A program made the translations under genes and the position numbers. The notes under the pieces were generated by a model. The model was not told the origin of the DNA and made no database searches. It worked only from the letters and a program-made list of their open reading frames with translations. Shown here piece by piece: positions 9,691-19,967 of a stretch of DNA of 64,000 bases. Origin of the DNA: an uncultured Thermoleophilia bacterium (GTDB lineage: Bacteria > Actinomycetota > Thermoleophilia > UBA2241); the NCBI GenBank assembly GCA_963715985.1, contig CAVQSP010000015.1:96001-160000 (forward strand), given 5' to 3'. How positions within the stretch are numbered: position 1 is the stretch's first letter; each line of letters begins with the position of its first letter.

Positions 9691-12600
9691 CTACCTGCCC
9701 ACCGTCGCACGCACCGGGCTCGCCGCGGCCGCGGCGCTCACCGTCACGCTGCCGGGGCTGGTGGCGAACACCGACCAGGTGCCGGTGCCGGCCGTGGAGC
9801 GCCAGGCGACGATCACCTTGTAGCCGGAGCCGGCGGGCACCTCGCAGGTGAGGTCGGTGGAGTGGCTGCTGCCGCCGGCAGGGGGGCACCTGTAGGTGAG
9901 GTCGGTGGTGTGGCTGCTGCCGCCGGCGGGGGCGACGAGCTTGCCGATGTACCAGCTCTGCGCAGCGGAGCGCAGCCAGACGCCGAACTCGCCGCTGGCG
10001 AGCGCGACCGAGCTCGTCCAGTTGACCGTGAGGGCGGCGCCGACCGTCCTGCTCACGGTGCCGGTGGGGACGCTGATGGCGAGGGTCGGGGTGGGCGGCG
10101 GGCTCGCGGGCGTGACCGTGAAGGCGGCGGGCAGTACGGAGACGGCGGCCACGGCCTGGCCGGGCAGCACGTCGTAGGCGAGCTCGACGTCGTAGGTGCC
10201 GGCGCTCGCGGCGGAGAGGCCGACGTCGCAGGTGACGGTGACGCTGCCGCCGGGGTTGAGGACGACGTTGGTCGCCGTGAGCACGGCGTTGGGGGCGGCG
10301 GTCTGGCGCAGGCGCACGGCGTCGGCGGCGACGATCTTGTCGAAGTCGCTGCCCGAGAGCGTGAGGTGCACCGGGCTCGCCGTGCCGCTGGCCGCGCTCG
10401 TCGGGGCGACCGTGGTGAGCGCCGGGCTCGCCGCGGCCGCGGCGCTCACCGTCACGCTGCCGGGGCTGGTGGCGAACACCGACCAGGTGCCGGTGCCGGC
10501 CGTGGAGCGCCAGGCGACGATCACCTTGTAGCCGGAGCCGGCGGGCACCTCGCAGGTGAGGTCGGTGGTGTGGCTGCTGCCGCCGGCGGGGGCGACGAGC
10601 TTGCCGATGTACCAGCTCTGCGCAGCGGAGCGCAGCCAGACGCCGAACTCGCCGCTGGCGAGCGCGACCGAGCTCGTCCAGTTGACCGTGAGGGCGGCGC
10701 CGACCGTCCTGCTCACGGTGCCGGTGGGGACGCTGATGGCGAGGGTCGGGGTGGGCGGCGGGCTCGCGGGCGTGACCGTGAAGGCGGCGGGCAGTACGGA
10801 GACGGCGGCCACGGCCTGGCCGGGCAGCACGTCGTAGGCGAGCTCGACGTCGTAGGTGCCGGCGCTCGCGGCGGAGAGGCCGACGTCGCAGGTGACGGTG
10901 ACGCTGCCGCCGGGGTTGAGGACGACGTTGGTCGCCGTGAGCACGGCGTTGGGGGCGGCGGTCTGGCGCAGGCGCACGGCGTCGGCGGCGACGATCTTGT
11001 CGAAGTCGCTGCCCGAGAGCGTGAGGTGCACCGGGCTCGCCGTGCCGCTGGCCGCGCTCGTCGGGGCGACCGTGGTGAGCGCCGGGCTCGCCGCGGCCGC
11101 GGCGCTCACCGTCACGCTGCCGGGGCTGGTGGCGAACACCGACCAGGTGCCGGTGCCGGCCGTGGAGCGCCAGGCGACGATCACCTTGTAGCCGGAGCCG
11201 GCGGGCACCTCGCAGGTGAGGTCGGTGGTGTGGCTGCTGCCGCCGGCGGGGGCGACGAGCTTGCCGATGTACCAGCTCTGCGCAGCGGAGCGCAGCCAGA
11301 CGCCGAACTCGCCGCTGGCGAGCGCGACCGAGCTCGTCCAGTTGACCGTGAGGGCGGCGCCGACCGTCCTGCTCACGGTGCCGGTGGGGACGCTGATGGC
11401 GAGGGTCGGGGTGGGCGGCGGGCTCGCGGGCGTGACCGTGAAGGCGGCGGGCAGTACGGAGACGGCGGCCACGGCCTGGCCGGGCAGCACGTCGTAGGCG
11501 AGCTCGACGTCGTAGGTGCCGGCGCTCGCGGCGGAGAGGCCGACGTCGCAGGTGACGGTGACGCTGCCGCCGGGGTTGAGGACGACGTTGGTCGCCGTGA
11601 GCACGGCGTTGGGGGCGGCGGTCTGGCGCAGGCGCACGGCGTCGGCGGCGACGATCTTGTCGAAGTCGCTGCCCGAGAGCGTGAGGTGCACCGGGCTCGC
11701 CGTGCCGCTGGCCGCGCTCGTCGGGGCGACCGTGGTGAGCGCCGGGCTCGCCGCGGCCGCGGCGCTCACCGTCACGCTGCCGGGGCTGGTGGCGAACACC
11801 GACCAGGTGCCGGTGCCGGCCGTGGAGCGCCAGGCGACGATCACCTTGTAGCCGGAGCCGGCGGGCACCTCGCAGGTGAGGTCGGTGGTGTGGCTGCTGC
11901 CGCCGGCGGGGGCGACGAGCTTGCCGATGTACCAGCTCTGCGCAGCGGAGCGCAGCCAGACGCCGAACTCGCCGCTGGCGAGCGCGACGGAGCTCGTCCA
12001 GTTGACCGTGAGGGCGGCGCCGACCGTCCTGCTCACGGTGCCGGTGGGGACGCTGATGGCGAGGGTCGGGGTGGGGGTGGCGGAGGAGGCGGTGGCGTAC
12101 ACCTTCAGGCACACGTTGGCGTTTGCCCGCAGCGTGGTGAGATCGGTCCAGCTGGTCCCATTGGAGCTGTAGTAGCTCTGACCGGCAGAGGCCGTCGCGG
12201 TGCCCGAGTAGCCTGACAGCGGGTACTCAATGGCCAAGGGGTAGGTGTCGCCGGGCGTCGTCAGCTTCACGGCGACCACGAAGCTCGAGCCTTGCGTCAG
12301 CGTCACGGCCGACGAGAACGTCGCCGTGTGGAAGCCCATGGCGGGCTGTGTGCCCTGGGCGACCAGTGGAGACTGCCGATGGACGGACCTTCATAGACCT
12401 CGTAGGACGTGTTCGGCGCCTCCGCATAGAAGCCGGCGGCAGTGAGCTGCGAGTCGGCGGCGGCCGTGAACACGTTGGCGCCCCAGAACGTGGTGCTCGA
12501 TCCCGTGCCGATCTCGCCGATGTCCCCAAGAGCGTCGTACTGATAGACGGTGTCGTAGTTCGTCGCCGACTGGGCGCCCTCGAAGGTGGCCGCGTAGCCC

Positions 12601-13570
12601 GAGCGCCCGAACTTGGTGTCGTAGTACGAGACGTAGAAGTAGCCGCTCTCGCCCCAGCCCGCGCCCCAGCTGTTCCTGACGATGAACGCGCCGGGGCCCG
12701 GCGGCGCCGTGGCGAAGTTGCTCGCCGCGTAGTTGTCGTCCCAGCCGACGGCGAGCACGCCGTGATTGGTGCCGGCCGAGCCGTTGTAGCAGTAGGCGTG
12801 GGTGGTGGCGTTGAAGTACTCCGAACCGCCGGACGATCCCTGCCAGGACATCGAGACGTACGTGCCTCCGTAGGTCATCACCGCGCTCTTGATGCGGTCG
12901 TTGTCGGTGGCCGAGGTGCGGGCCGTGTACCAGGAGACCTCCTGCACGTGCTTTCGCGGCGTGAGGCCGGACGGCGTGACGCCGTCCCCGTACGCGTCGT
13001 CAGCCTCCCACACCGGCCCTGCCCAACGGACGAGGTAGGCCGTGGCCATGAAGATGTTGCCGCCGAAGCCGTACTTCTCGGTCGCGGTGCTGCCCGAGTC
13101 GAAACCGCTGGCGAGCACCATGTTGTCTTCGGACAGGTCGACCGACTCGCCGGTGAGGAGGGCCGACTCGGCTGAGCCGCAGGCGGCGAACGACCAGCAG
13201 GTGCCGTACAGGATTCTGGTTCCTGACAGGCGTGACCTTGCCGGTCGCGCGAAGGTCGTAAGTTGGGCGCGAACGCGTCGAGCAGGCGACGCGCCGACGG
13301 CACGACGTCCGTGAAGATCTGATGCGGGGCGGGACGCTCGCCGAGACCGAGGCCGTCGGGAGTTCGGAAGGTGTCGTCCATGGTCGCCGAGGCCGACCGT
13401 GAGAGCACGAAGGCCGGAGCGAGCGGGGCGACCTTGACGGCGGTCACCGCCGTCCGCGCGCCGCCGAAGCGGTCGCCTTGCTTGGCCATGAGCGCCGCCG
13501 GAATGGCTGGACAGCGCCAGAGCGGTGGCCGCGGAAACCGCGACGTGACGAGAAGACGGCGACGAAGCAT
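9691..13570 (-). CDS. Secreted C1A (papain-family) cysteine peptidase with lectin-like domain and repeated Ig/IPT tail, frameshifted
   Basis: RNQ..YGTCWSFA (catalytic Cys), NHGVLAVGWDD (His), IVRNSWG..WGESGYFYVSY (Asn); YQYD...ANVF lectin-like segment; AAAGGAG RBS before the ATG at 13570. Confidence 0.85.
9713..12075. repeat. Intragenic tandem repeat, 660-bp period, ~3.5 copies
   Basis: Identical blocks start at 9896, 10556, 11216 and 11876; one substitution seen (11989); extra imperfect 48-bp duplication at 9848/9896. Confidence 0.97.
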
Positions 13571-13811
13571 GGACGACTCCTTTCGGCCACCGGTCTGCCG
13601 CTACCGGGTGACCCCCGCAGCACGGCTGAGCACGGCCGCGCCGACACAGCAGATACCCACCGCATGCATCGGCAGAGAACGCGCGCACCTGAGGAATCGG
13701 CGTCGCCCGCGCTGGAATCACCCTCCCACCTCGCACGCCCTCACGGCCCGCACCTCGGCTCGGCTGGGCTATACTGGCGCCATCCGCTCCCCCCTACCCC
13801 ACACCCATGAC

Positions 13812-14618
13812 GTGAACAGACTCATCGCGCGCATCCACGAGCGCTACCGCTACCCGCTCATCATCCTGCGCGCGATGGTGGTCACGGACTTCAAGCTGCG
13901 CTATCAGGGGTCTTTGCTGGGCTACCTCTGGACCCTCCTGCGCCCCTTCGCGATCTTCACGATCCTCTACATCGTGTTCGCAGGTTCCTGCGGCTGGGGG
14001 CATCCATCCCCTACTACCCCGTCTACCTGCTGCTCGGCATCGTGTGGTGGGGGTTCTTCGCCGAGGCCACGACGCAGGGGCTGACCGCGCTCGTGGCGCG
14101 CGCCGACCTGCTGCGCAAGATCCGCTTCCCCCGCTACGTCGTCGTGCTGTCCATCGGCGCATCTGTGCTCATCAGCTTCGGCCTCAACATGGTCGTCATC
14201 TGCATCTTCATGGCGATCATCCAGGTGCCGTGCGCCTCGATATCCTGTGGCTGCCGCTGCTTTTCTCGAGCTCGCCGCGCTGTCGGTCGCGATGGCGTTC
14301 TTCCTCAGCGCCCTGTTCGTGCGCTTTCGCGACCTCAACTACATCTGGGAAGTCCTATGCAGGCGGCGCTGTATGCCACGCCGATCATGTACCCACTCTC
14401 GCTGATCCCCACGGATGGGCCAAGCTCCTGATCCTGAACCCCATGGCCCAGATCATCCAGGACGCTCGTTACGTGATGGTCACGCCGGAGACGGAGACCA
14501 TGACCCAGCTCTACGGCACGCCCTGGGTGCGTCGTGCCCGTGGGCATCACCGTCGCCTGGCGGTGACCTCGGTGGTCTACTTCCGCCGCAAGTCGCCTTC
14601 TTTGCCGAGGAGGCCTGA
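13812..14618 (+). CDS. wzm: ABC-2 polysaccharide export permease (Wzm), frameshifted
   Basis: DFKLRYQGSLLGYLWTLLRP; LLRKIRFPR; RFRDL; YATPIMYP; LNPMAQII. Confidence 0.85.
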
Positions 14619-15836
14619 GTGGCCACCGCCCATCTCCGTGCGACATGTGTCCAAGGACTTCGTCCTGCCGCACCTGCGGTGACCACCATCAAGCGCCACG
14701 CCCTCAACCTGTTCCGCGCACGCGCACGCTGGAGCAGCAGCACGCACTCCGTGATATCACCTTGGACGTGTAGCGCGGCGAGTTCTTCGGCATCGTGGGC
14801 CGCAACGGCTCGGGCAAGAGCACGCTGCTCAAGATCATCGCCGGCATCTACGCGCCCACCACGGGAGAGGTGCGCGTCGACGGCCGTATCATCCCGTTCA
14901 TCGAGCTCGGCGTCGGTTTCAATCCGGAGCTCACCGGGCGCGAGAACGTGTACCTCAACGGCGCCCTGCTCGGCTTCTCCCGCGGCGAAGTGGCCGCGAT
15001 GTACGACGACATCGTCGCCTTCGCCGAGCTCGAGGGGTCCATGGACCAGAAGCTCAAGAACTACTCGTCCGGCATGCAGGTGCGCATCGCCTTCTCCATG
15101 GCCACCCAGGCCCGCGCGGACATCATGCTCGTCGACGAGGTGCTGGCGGTCGGCGACGCGGCCTTTCAGCCCAAGTGCTTTGACCACTTCCGCGCGCTCA
15201 AGGCCGGCGGGACGACCATCGTCTTCGTCAGCCACGACATGGCGGCGGTGCGGGCGTTCTGCGACCGTGCCATCCTGATCGAGGATTGGCGCCTCGTCGC
15301 CGAGGGCAGCGCCGACGAGTCGCTGCGAAGTACATGCAGCTCTTCTTCGCGTCGCCGGCACACGCAGGACGTCGGAGGCGGAGGACGACGAGCCCGAGAA
15401 CGAGAGCCCGATGGGCAGGCGGGCCGGGAGCGGCGAGGTACGCTACGAAGCCATCTCGGTGCCGGAGGTGCTCTCCGACGACGAGAGTCTCACCCTCGAC
15501 TTGAGCGTCAGATGCGAGCTCGATGTCGTCGCCCCCGTCTTCACGTTCGTCATCAGAGACGCGGAGGGGTCGCGAGTGCTGGGCTCCGACTCGCCCGTCC
15601 AGGCGCCCCCGATGGACCGTCTCGAAGCGGGTCAGCAGATCGAAGTGACGTGGGCCGTCCCCAACGTCCTCGCAGACGGTACGTATATCGTGGAGCTCTC
15701 CATCACAGACCGCGCGCGGACCACCGTCTACGACTGGCTGGTGGACGCGGCGTCCTTCACCGTGCAGACGGGCAAGACGACACCCTACGTCGTGGAAGCG
15801 CCGGCGACCTTCAGGATGACCGCCCCCCACGCCTGA
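14619..15836 (+). CDS. wzt: Polysaccharide ABC exporter ATPase (Wzt) with C-terminal extension, frameshifted
   Basis: GRNGSGKST, ELTGRENVYLNG, YSSGMQVR, VDEVLAVGDAAFQ, SHD; ~140-aa beta-rich tail resembling the Wzt C-terminal domain. Confidence 0.85.
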
Positions 15837-15878
15837 CGGTCACGCACGCCGGGCAGGCTCGACGCAAGCCGGCGCAGA

Positions 15879-17160
15879 CTACTTGACCGTCAGCACGCCC
15901 GACTTCGTACTCGACTGCGCGTTGCCGGCCAGGTCGTGCGCCAGGACGCGCATCTTGTAGGTGCCGCGTGGCAGGTCGACGGTGCAGCCCGACACGGTGT
16001 GCCACGCGCGCGTGCTGGGCCGTCCCAGGACGTGGCGGTGCACGACTTTGCCGCTCGCGGTGATGATCTGCAGAAGAGCATCGCGCGCACGAGGGCTGAG
16101 CGCGTCGGACACGAGATACTTCGGGGTAAGGCTTCCGCCCTTCTTCACGGTGGCGGCCGCGATGGACGTTGTCGGCGGCCGCGTGTCGATGGCCACCTGC
16201 ACCTCTTTGGGAGGAGCCTCCCAGTTGAGCACACCGTCGATAGAGAAGAACTGCACGACGTGGATACCGTCGTTGGAGTGGTCCTTGGGCGCGGGCACCC
16301 TGACTCTGGTGCCGATGGAGTACTGGACCGTCGTTCCGATGCGATAGAAGGTCTTCTCCACTCCCCGTCCCACGTCGGTGGCGACCAGGTCGAACGTCAC
16401 GGCCGTGCGATGCCAGAGGCCGTCCAGGCCTTCGACCGTGGTGACGGGCGGCACGGCGTCGTCCTCGACGACCAGGAACACGGGCGAGCTGAGCCCGCCG
16501 CCGGGCACGGGCGTGAAGACACGCACGCTGAGGTGTGCGGCGTGAGCGACGGCCGCGGCGGGGACCAGCACCTCCAGTCGCTCCGGGGACACGTAGGTGG
16601 TCGCCACGTCTATGCCGGCTACCTGTACCACTGAGGTGGTGGTGAAGTCCGCACCGCTCACGACCAGCGTGAACGCCTCGTCGCCTGCCCAGACGGACGC
16701 CGGGTCGGATGGCCGCGATCACCGGCGCAGGGTTATTGATGGTGAAGACCCGGGCGGTGGGCGACTGTCCGCCCCCGGGAGCGGGATTGGACACGCTCAC
16801 GAAAGCCGCACCGGCTGCCGCCACGTCCGCGGCGCGCACGGAGGCGGTGAGCATCGTGGAGGAGATGAAGCCGGTGTCGCGGTTCTGGCCGTTCCAGAGT
16901 ACGGTGGCACCCTGCACGAAGCCGGAGCCGATCACGGTGATGCCGAAGTCCAGGTCACCGACCGTCGCCTGTGCCGGGCTCAGGCCGGTCACCTCCGGGG
17001 CGGGATTCGCGATCTCGGCCAGGAGGTCTGTCGGAGACGCGGCCCCGGAGTCCAGCGGGCGGGCCTGCGTCGCGGCTGCGGTGGCGGCGAGTGCAAGGCA
17101 GACGGCGACAGTCATGCAGAAGATCCTCGCTGACCCACGCCGGACGGCCCTGCCCATCAC
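15879..17160 (-). CDS. Secreted IPT/TIG Ig-domain protein with shared C-terminal domain, frameshift near 16700
   Basis: Signal-peptide-like N-terminus; NPAPEVTGLSP...GSGF...VSNPAPGGG IPT motifs; ends AHDLAGNAQSSTKSGVLTVK. Confidence 0.8.
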
Positions 17161-17287
17161 CGCTTGCCCCTTCGACGGTTCTGACTGTACCCACGATTGT
17201 ACTACGACTCAGAGGCTGCGGCTTCCGGGGCGGCGACCGCGCAGTTGGGCGCCGCCGGCCATGCTCGAGACCTGCCCGCATGAAGAA

Positions 17288-17330
17288 ACACGGCGGGGCG
17301 GGGCGCCTGCGGCGCCCCGCCCCGCCGTGT
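17288..17330 (-). terminator. GC-rich hairpin, likely intrinsic terminator
   Basis: ACACGGCGGGGCGGGGCGCC-TGC-GGCGCCCCGCCCCGCCGTGT, followed by TTCTT on the minus strand. Confidence 0.7.
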
Positions 17331-17381
17331 GTGTCGGCTCGACCGGACCCGCCGCATCCGCGGCGGACGATCGGCGGCGGA

Positions 17382-19640
17382 CTACTTCACCTTGAACTTG
17401 TCTGTGCCGAGCTTGCTCTGCGCGTTCCCGGCCAGGTCCTTTGCGTAGGTGTAGAGCTTGTAGGTGCCCTTGGCGAGATTGGGGTTGACCTTGTACGTGT
17501 AGCTCTTGTTCGAGGTCTTCTTCCCGAGGCTGTACGTCCGGGCCACGCTGCCGTCGGACCTCTTGATCTTCAGCGTGATCGTGCACTTGGGAGAGACGTC
17601 GTTGGCTTTGTACTTGAACGTCACCTTGGTGCCCTTCTTGACGCTCGAGGGCGCCGAGGCGGTGGTCTTGGGACCGACCGTGTCGATGTTCACCCTCACC
17701 GACACCGGAGGGCTCTCGACGTGGTTGCACCAGTCCGTCGACCACACCGTGATGGTCTGGACCCCATCCCCCGCGCCGCCGGCGGGAGCCGGCACCGTGA
17801 AGGTCGACCCGGTCAGCGTCGCCGGAGTGCCGCCGTTCTGGGCCCACTGGGTCTTCTGCACGCCGGACTGCGTGTCGGAGGCGACCACCGTGAGTGTGAC
17901 CGGCGTGTTATGCCAGGACGTGTCGGCGCCGGCGACCGTCGTGATCGGCGCGGTGGTGTCGGTGCCCACAGTCAGAGGCACCGTGGTCGACGTGCCCCCG
18001 CCTGGCGTCGGGTTCACGACGGAGATCTGCACGGTGCCCGCGACGGCGATGTCTGCTGCGGTCAGCGGCACGGTCAGCTGGGTCGCGGACACGAACGTCG
18101 TGTCGGCGGTGAGTCGCGTGCCGATCTGCACCCGCGAGCCGACGGCGCCGAGCAGCAGCGGCGCCGGCACGAAGCCGGAGCCCGTAATGGTGAGGGTCTG
18201 AGGCTTCACCGAGCCGGCCCACGTCGTGTTCGGGCTCACCGACGTGACCACCGGCACCGCATTGGTCACCGAGAACTTCTGCGCCAGCGTCAGCGTCCTG
18301 GTGCCGGCGTAGGTGAGGATCACGTCGTACAGACCAGAGGGCGGCACGGTCGGCGAGGTGAGGTTGAACGTCCCCGTCATGGCCGTGCCGGGAGCCACCG
18401 ACGCCACGCCGGTGGCGGTGATGACGGTCGTGCCGGCGGTACCGGGCCCCTTGAGGGTCACCACCGGCGTGGTGAGGCCGTTCAGGCCCGTGCCGGTGAG
18501 CGTGAAGGCCAGGGCGGAGTTCCCGTTCGTCGCCGTAGCCGGGCTGATATCGGTCAGCGTGGGCCCGGTGACCGTGAACGCCCCGGCGAGCGTGAACGTC
18601 CGTGTGCCGGAGCTGGTGTAGGTGAGCACCACGTCGTACGTCCCCGCCGGCGCCGCGATGGAGGCGGCGGTGGCACTCGACGCGCCGCTCGCGAGATTGA
18701 AGGTGCCGATGATCGTGCCTTGGCCACCAGGCAGAAGCGGAGCGACGTAGGCGACACCGGTAGCGTTGACGGTGATGCCGGCAGTGGCGCCGATGGTGCC
18801 CTTGAGCGCGACGGCTGTGCCGGTCGCGGCGAGATTGAGGTCGGTCCCTCTCAGCACGAACGAGAGGGCGGCGTTCGAGTTCGCTCCCGTACTGGGTTCG
18901 ATGGCCGTGACCGTGGGTCCGCTGATCGCGAACGGCACGGTGTTCGACACGACGCCCCCGCCGAGCAGCGGATTGGTGACCGTGACGGTCGCCAGGCCGG
19001 GCGTGAGGATGAGGTTAGCCGGCACGGTCACGTAGAGGATGGCCGTCGGATTGACCGGACCAGTCGGGAGAGCCTCCGTCAGGATCGTGCCGTTGAAGCG
19101 CACCACGGCGGGCAGGACACCTGTCTGGAAGTTGGAGCCGTTGACACGCAGCGTGAACGCCGGTCCGCCGGCCACGGCACTCGTCGGGCTCAGCGAGTCG
19201 ATGTGCGGCGGAGGGGTCGTGATCTGAAATGTGCCCAGCCAGCTGTCCGTTCCGTCGCTCACAGTGACATCCGCATGCCCGACGGCAGCTATGTTAGCGG
19301 CAGGGACGAACGCTGTGACGGACGCCGTCGCGGACGACTCGACCGCCAGAGTGCCGCTCACATCCCCGCTCCAAGTGACCGTCCACGTCGGCACGGTCGC
19401 CTGCACGGAGCTGAGCTCCATGGTGAGACTGAACCCGCTACTCCCCGCCACCACGCTGGCCGGAGTGAACTGCGTGATCGTACCCGTGGCCCGCTTCCCG
19501 GCCTTGACGGGCTCTCCCGCGGAGGTTCTCGCCGACTTCGGTGCGGCCGCCAGCCCGACTGTCGCCATCACCAGGGCGAGCACCCCGACAACGACCACCG
19601 CGAGCATCACCGTCTTTCGGGACTGTGCGAAGTGTCTCAT
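17382..19640 (-). CDS. Secreted multi-IPT/TIG surface protein with shared C-terminal domain
   Basis: Signal peptide; about five Thr-rich IPT repeats; ends AKDLAGNAQSKLGTDKFKVK; GGAGGAGG RBS. Confidence 0.9.
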   Translation of the reverse strand: MRHFAQSRKTVMLAVVVVGVLALVMATVGLAAAPKSARTSAGEPVKAGKRATGTITQFTPASVVAGSSGFSLTMELSSVQATVPTWTVTWSGDVSGTLAVESSATASVTAFVPAANIAAVGHADVTVSDGTDSWLGTFQITTPPPHIDSLSPTSAVAGGPAFTLRVNGSNFQTGVLPAVVRFNGTILTEALPTGPVNPTAILYVTVPANLILTPGLATVTVTNPLLGGGVVSNTVPFAISGPTVTAIEPSTGANSNAALSFVLRGTDLNLAATGTAVALKGTIGATAGITVNATGVAYVAPLLPGGQGTIIGTFNLASGASSATAASIAAPAGTYDVVLTYTSSGTRTFTLAGAFTVTGPTLTDISPATATNGNSALAFTLTGTGLNGLTTPVVTLKGPGTAGTTVITATGVASVAPGTAMTGTFNLTSPTVPPSGLYDVILTYAGTRTLTLAQKFSVTNAVPVVTSVSPNTTWAGSVKPQTLTITGSGFVPAPLLLGAVGSRVQIGTRLTADTTFVSATQLTVPLTAADIAVAGTVQISVVNPTPGGGTSTTVPLTVGTDTTAPITTVAGADTSWHNTPVTLTVVASDTQSGVQKTQWAQNGGTPATLTGSTFTVPAPAGGAGDGVQTITVWSTDWCNHVESPPVSVRVNIDTVGPKTTASAPSSVKKGTKVTFKYKANDVSPKCTITLKIKRSDGSVARTYSLGKKTSNKSYTYKVNPNLAKGTYKLYTYAKDLAGNAQSKLGTDKFKVK

Positions 19641-19904
19641 GCGCCTCCTCCTTCGGACTGGGATCCAGAGTCAGTCCTGTTCGGTCCTGGGGCCACCGGC
19701 GCCGCGCCAATCACGGCGGCTCGAAGAGCGAAGGGATTGCACCTCGTATGCATGGCATCACCCACTCAGATACCAGCCGAGCCACGTCCGCGGCTGCGGT
19801 ATCCCCGTGTTCACCACACCATAGTTCTGATGCCCCCAACCGGCACCCATCAATCATTGGCAGGTGGTGGGCCCACCGTCCGCAAGAGGATCCGGCACGT
19901 TAAA

Positions 19905-19934
19905 TGGGCGGGGCGCCTTTCGGCGCCCCGCCCA
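19905..19934 (-). terminator. Intrinsic terminator hairpin
   Basis: TGGGCGGGGCGCC-TTTC-GGCGCCCCGCCCA downstream of the gene ending at 19968. Confidence 0.7.
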
Positions 19935-19967
19935 CTGCAGCTGCCTTCGAATGAAGGCGGTCGTGAC

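Noticed and set aside
9713-12075. Diversity-generating retroelement or transposon-derived repeats
   Set aside because: No adenine-specific variation between copies, and no reverse transcriptase or transposase in the window.
14771-14773. In-frame TAG in wzt (LDV*RGEFFGIVG) as possible recoding
   Set aside because: It is a single instance in an error-rich region, TAG is used as a normal stop elsewhere in the window, and no pyl genes are seen.
600-16750. Many frameshifts suggesting pseudogenisation or programmed frameshifting of the glycan locus
   Set aside because: Indels are dense and scattered, motifs are intact, and similar breaks occur near 22.3 and 52-54 kb. Low-coverage long-read error is the simpler explanation; raw reads are needed to decide.
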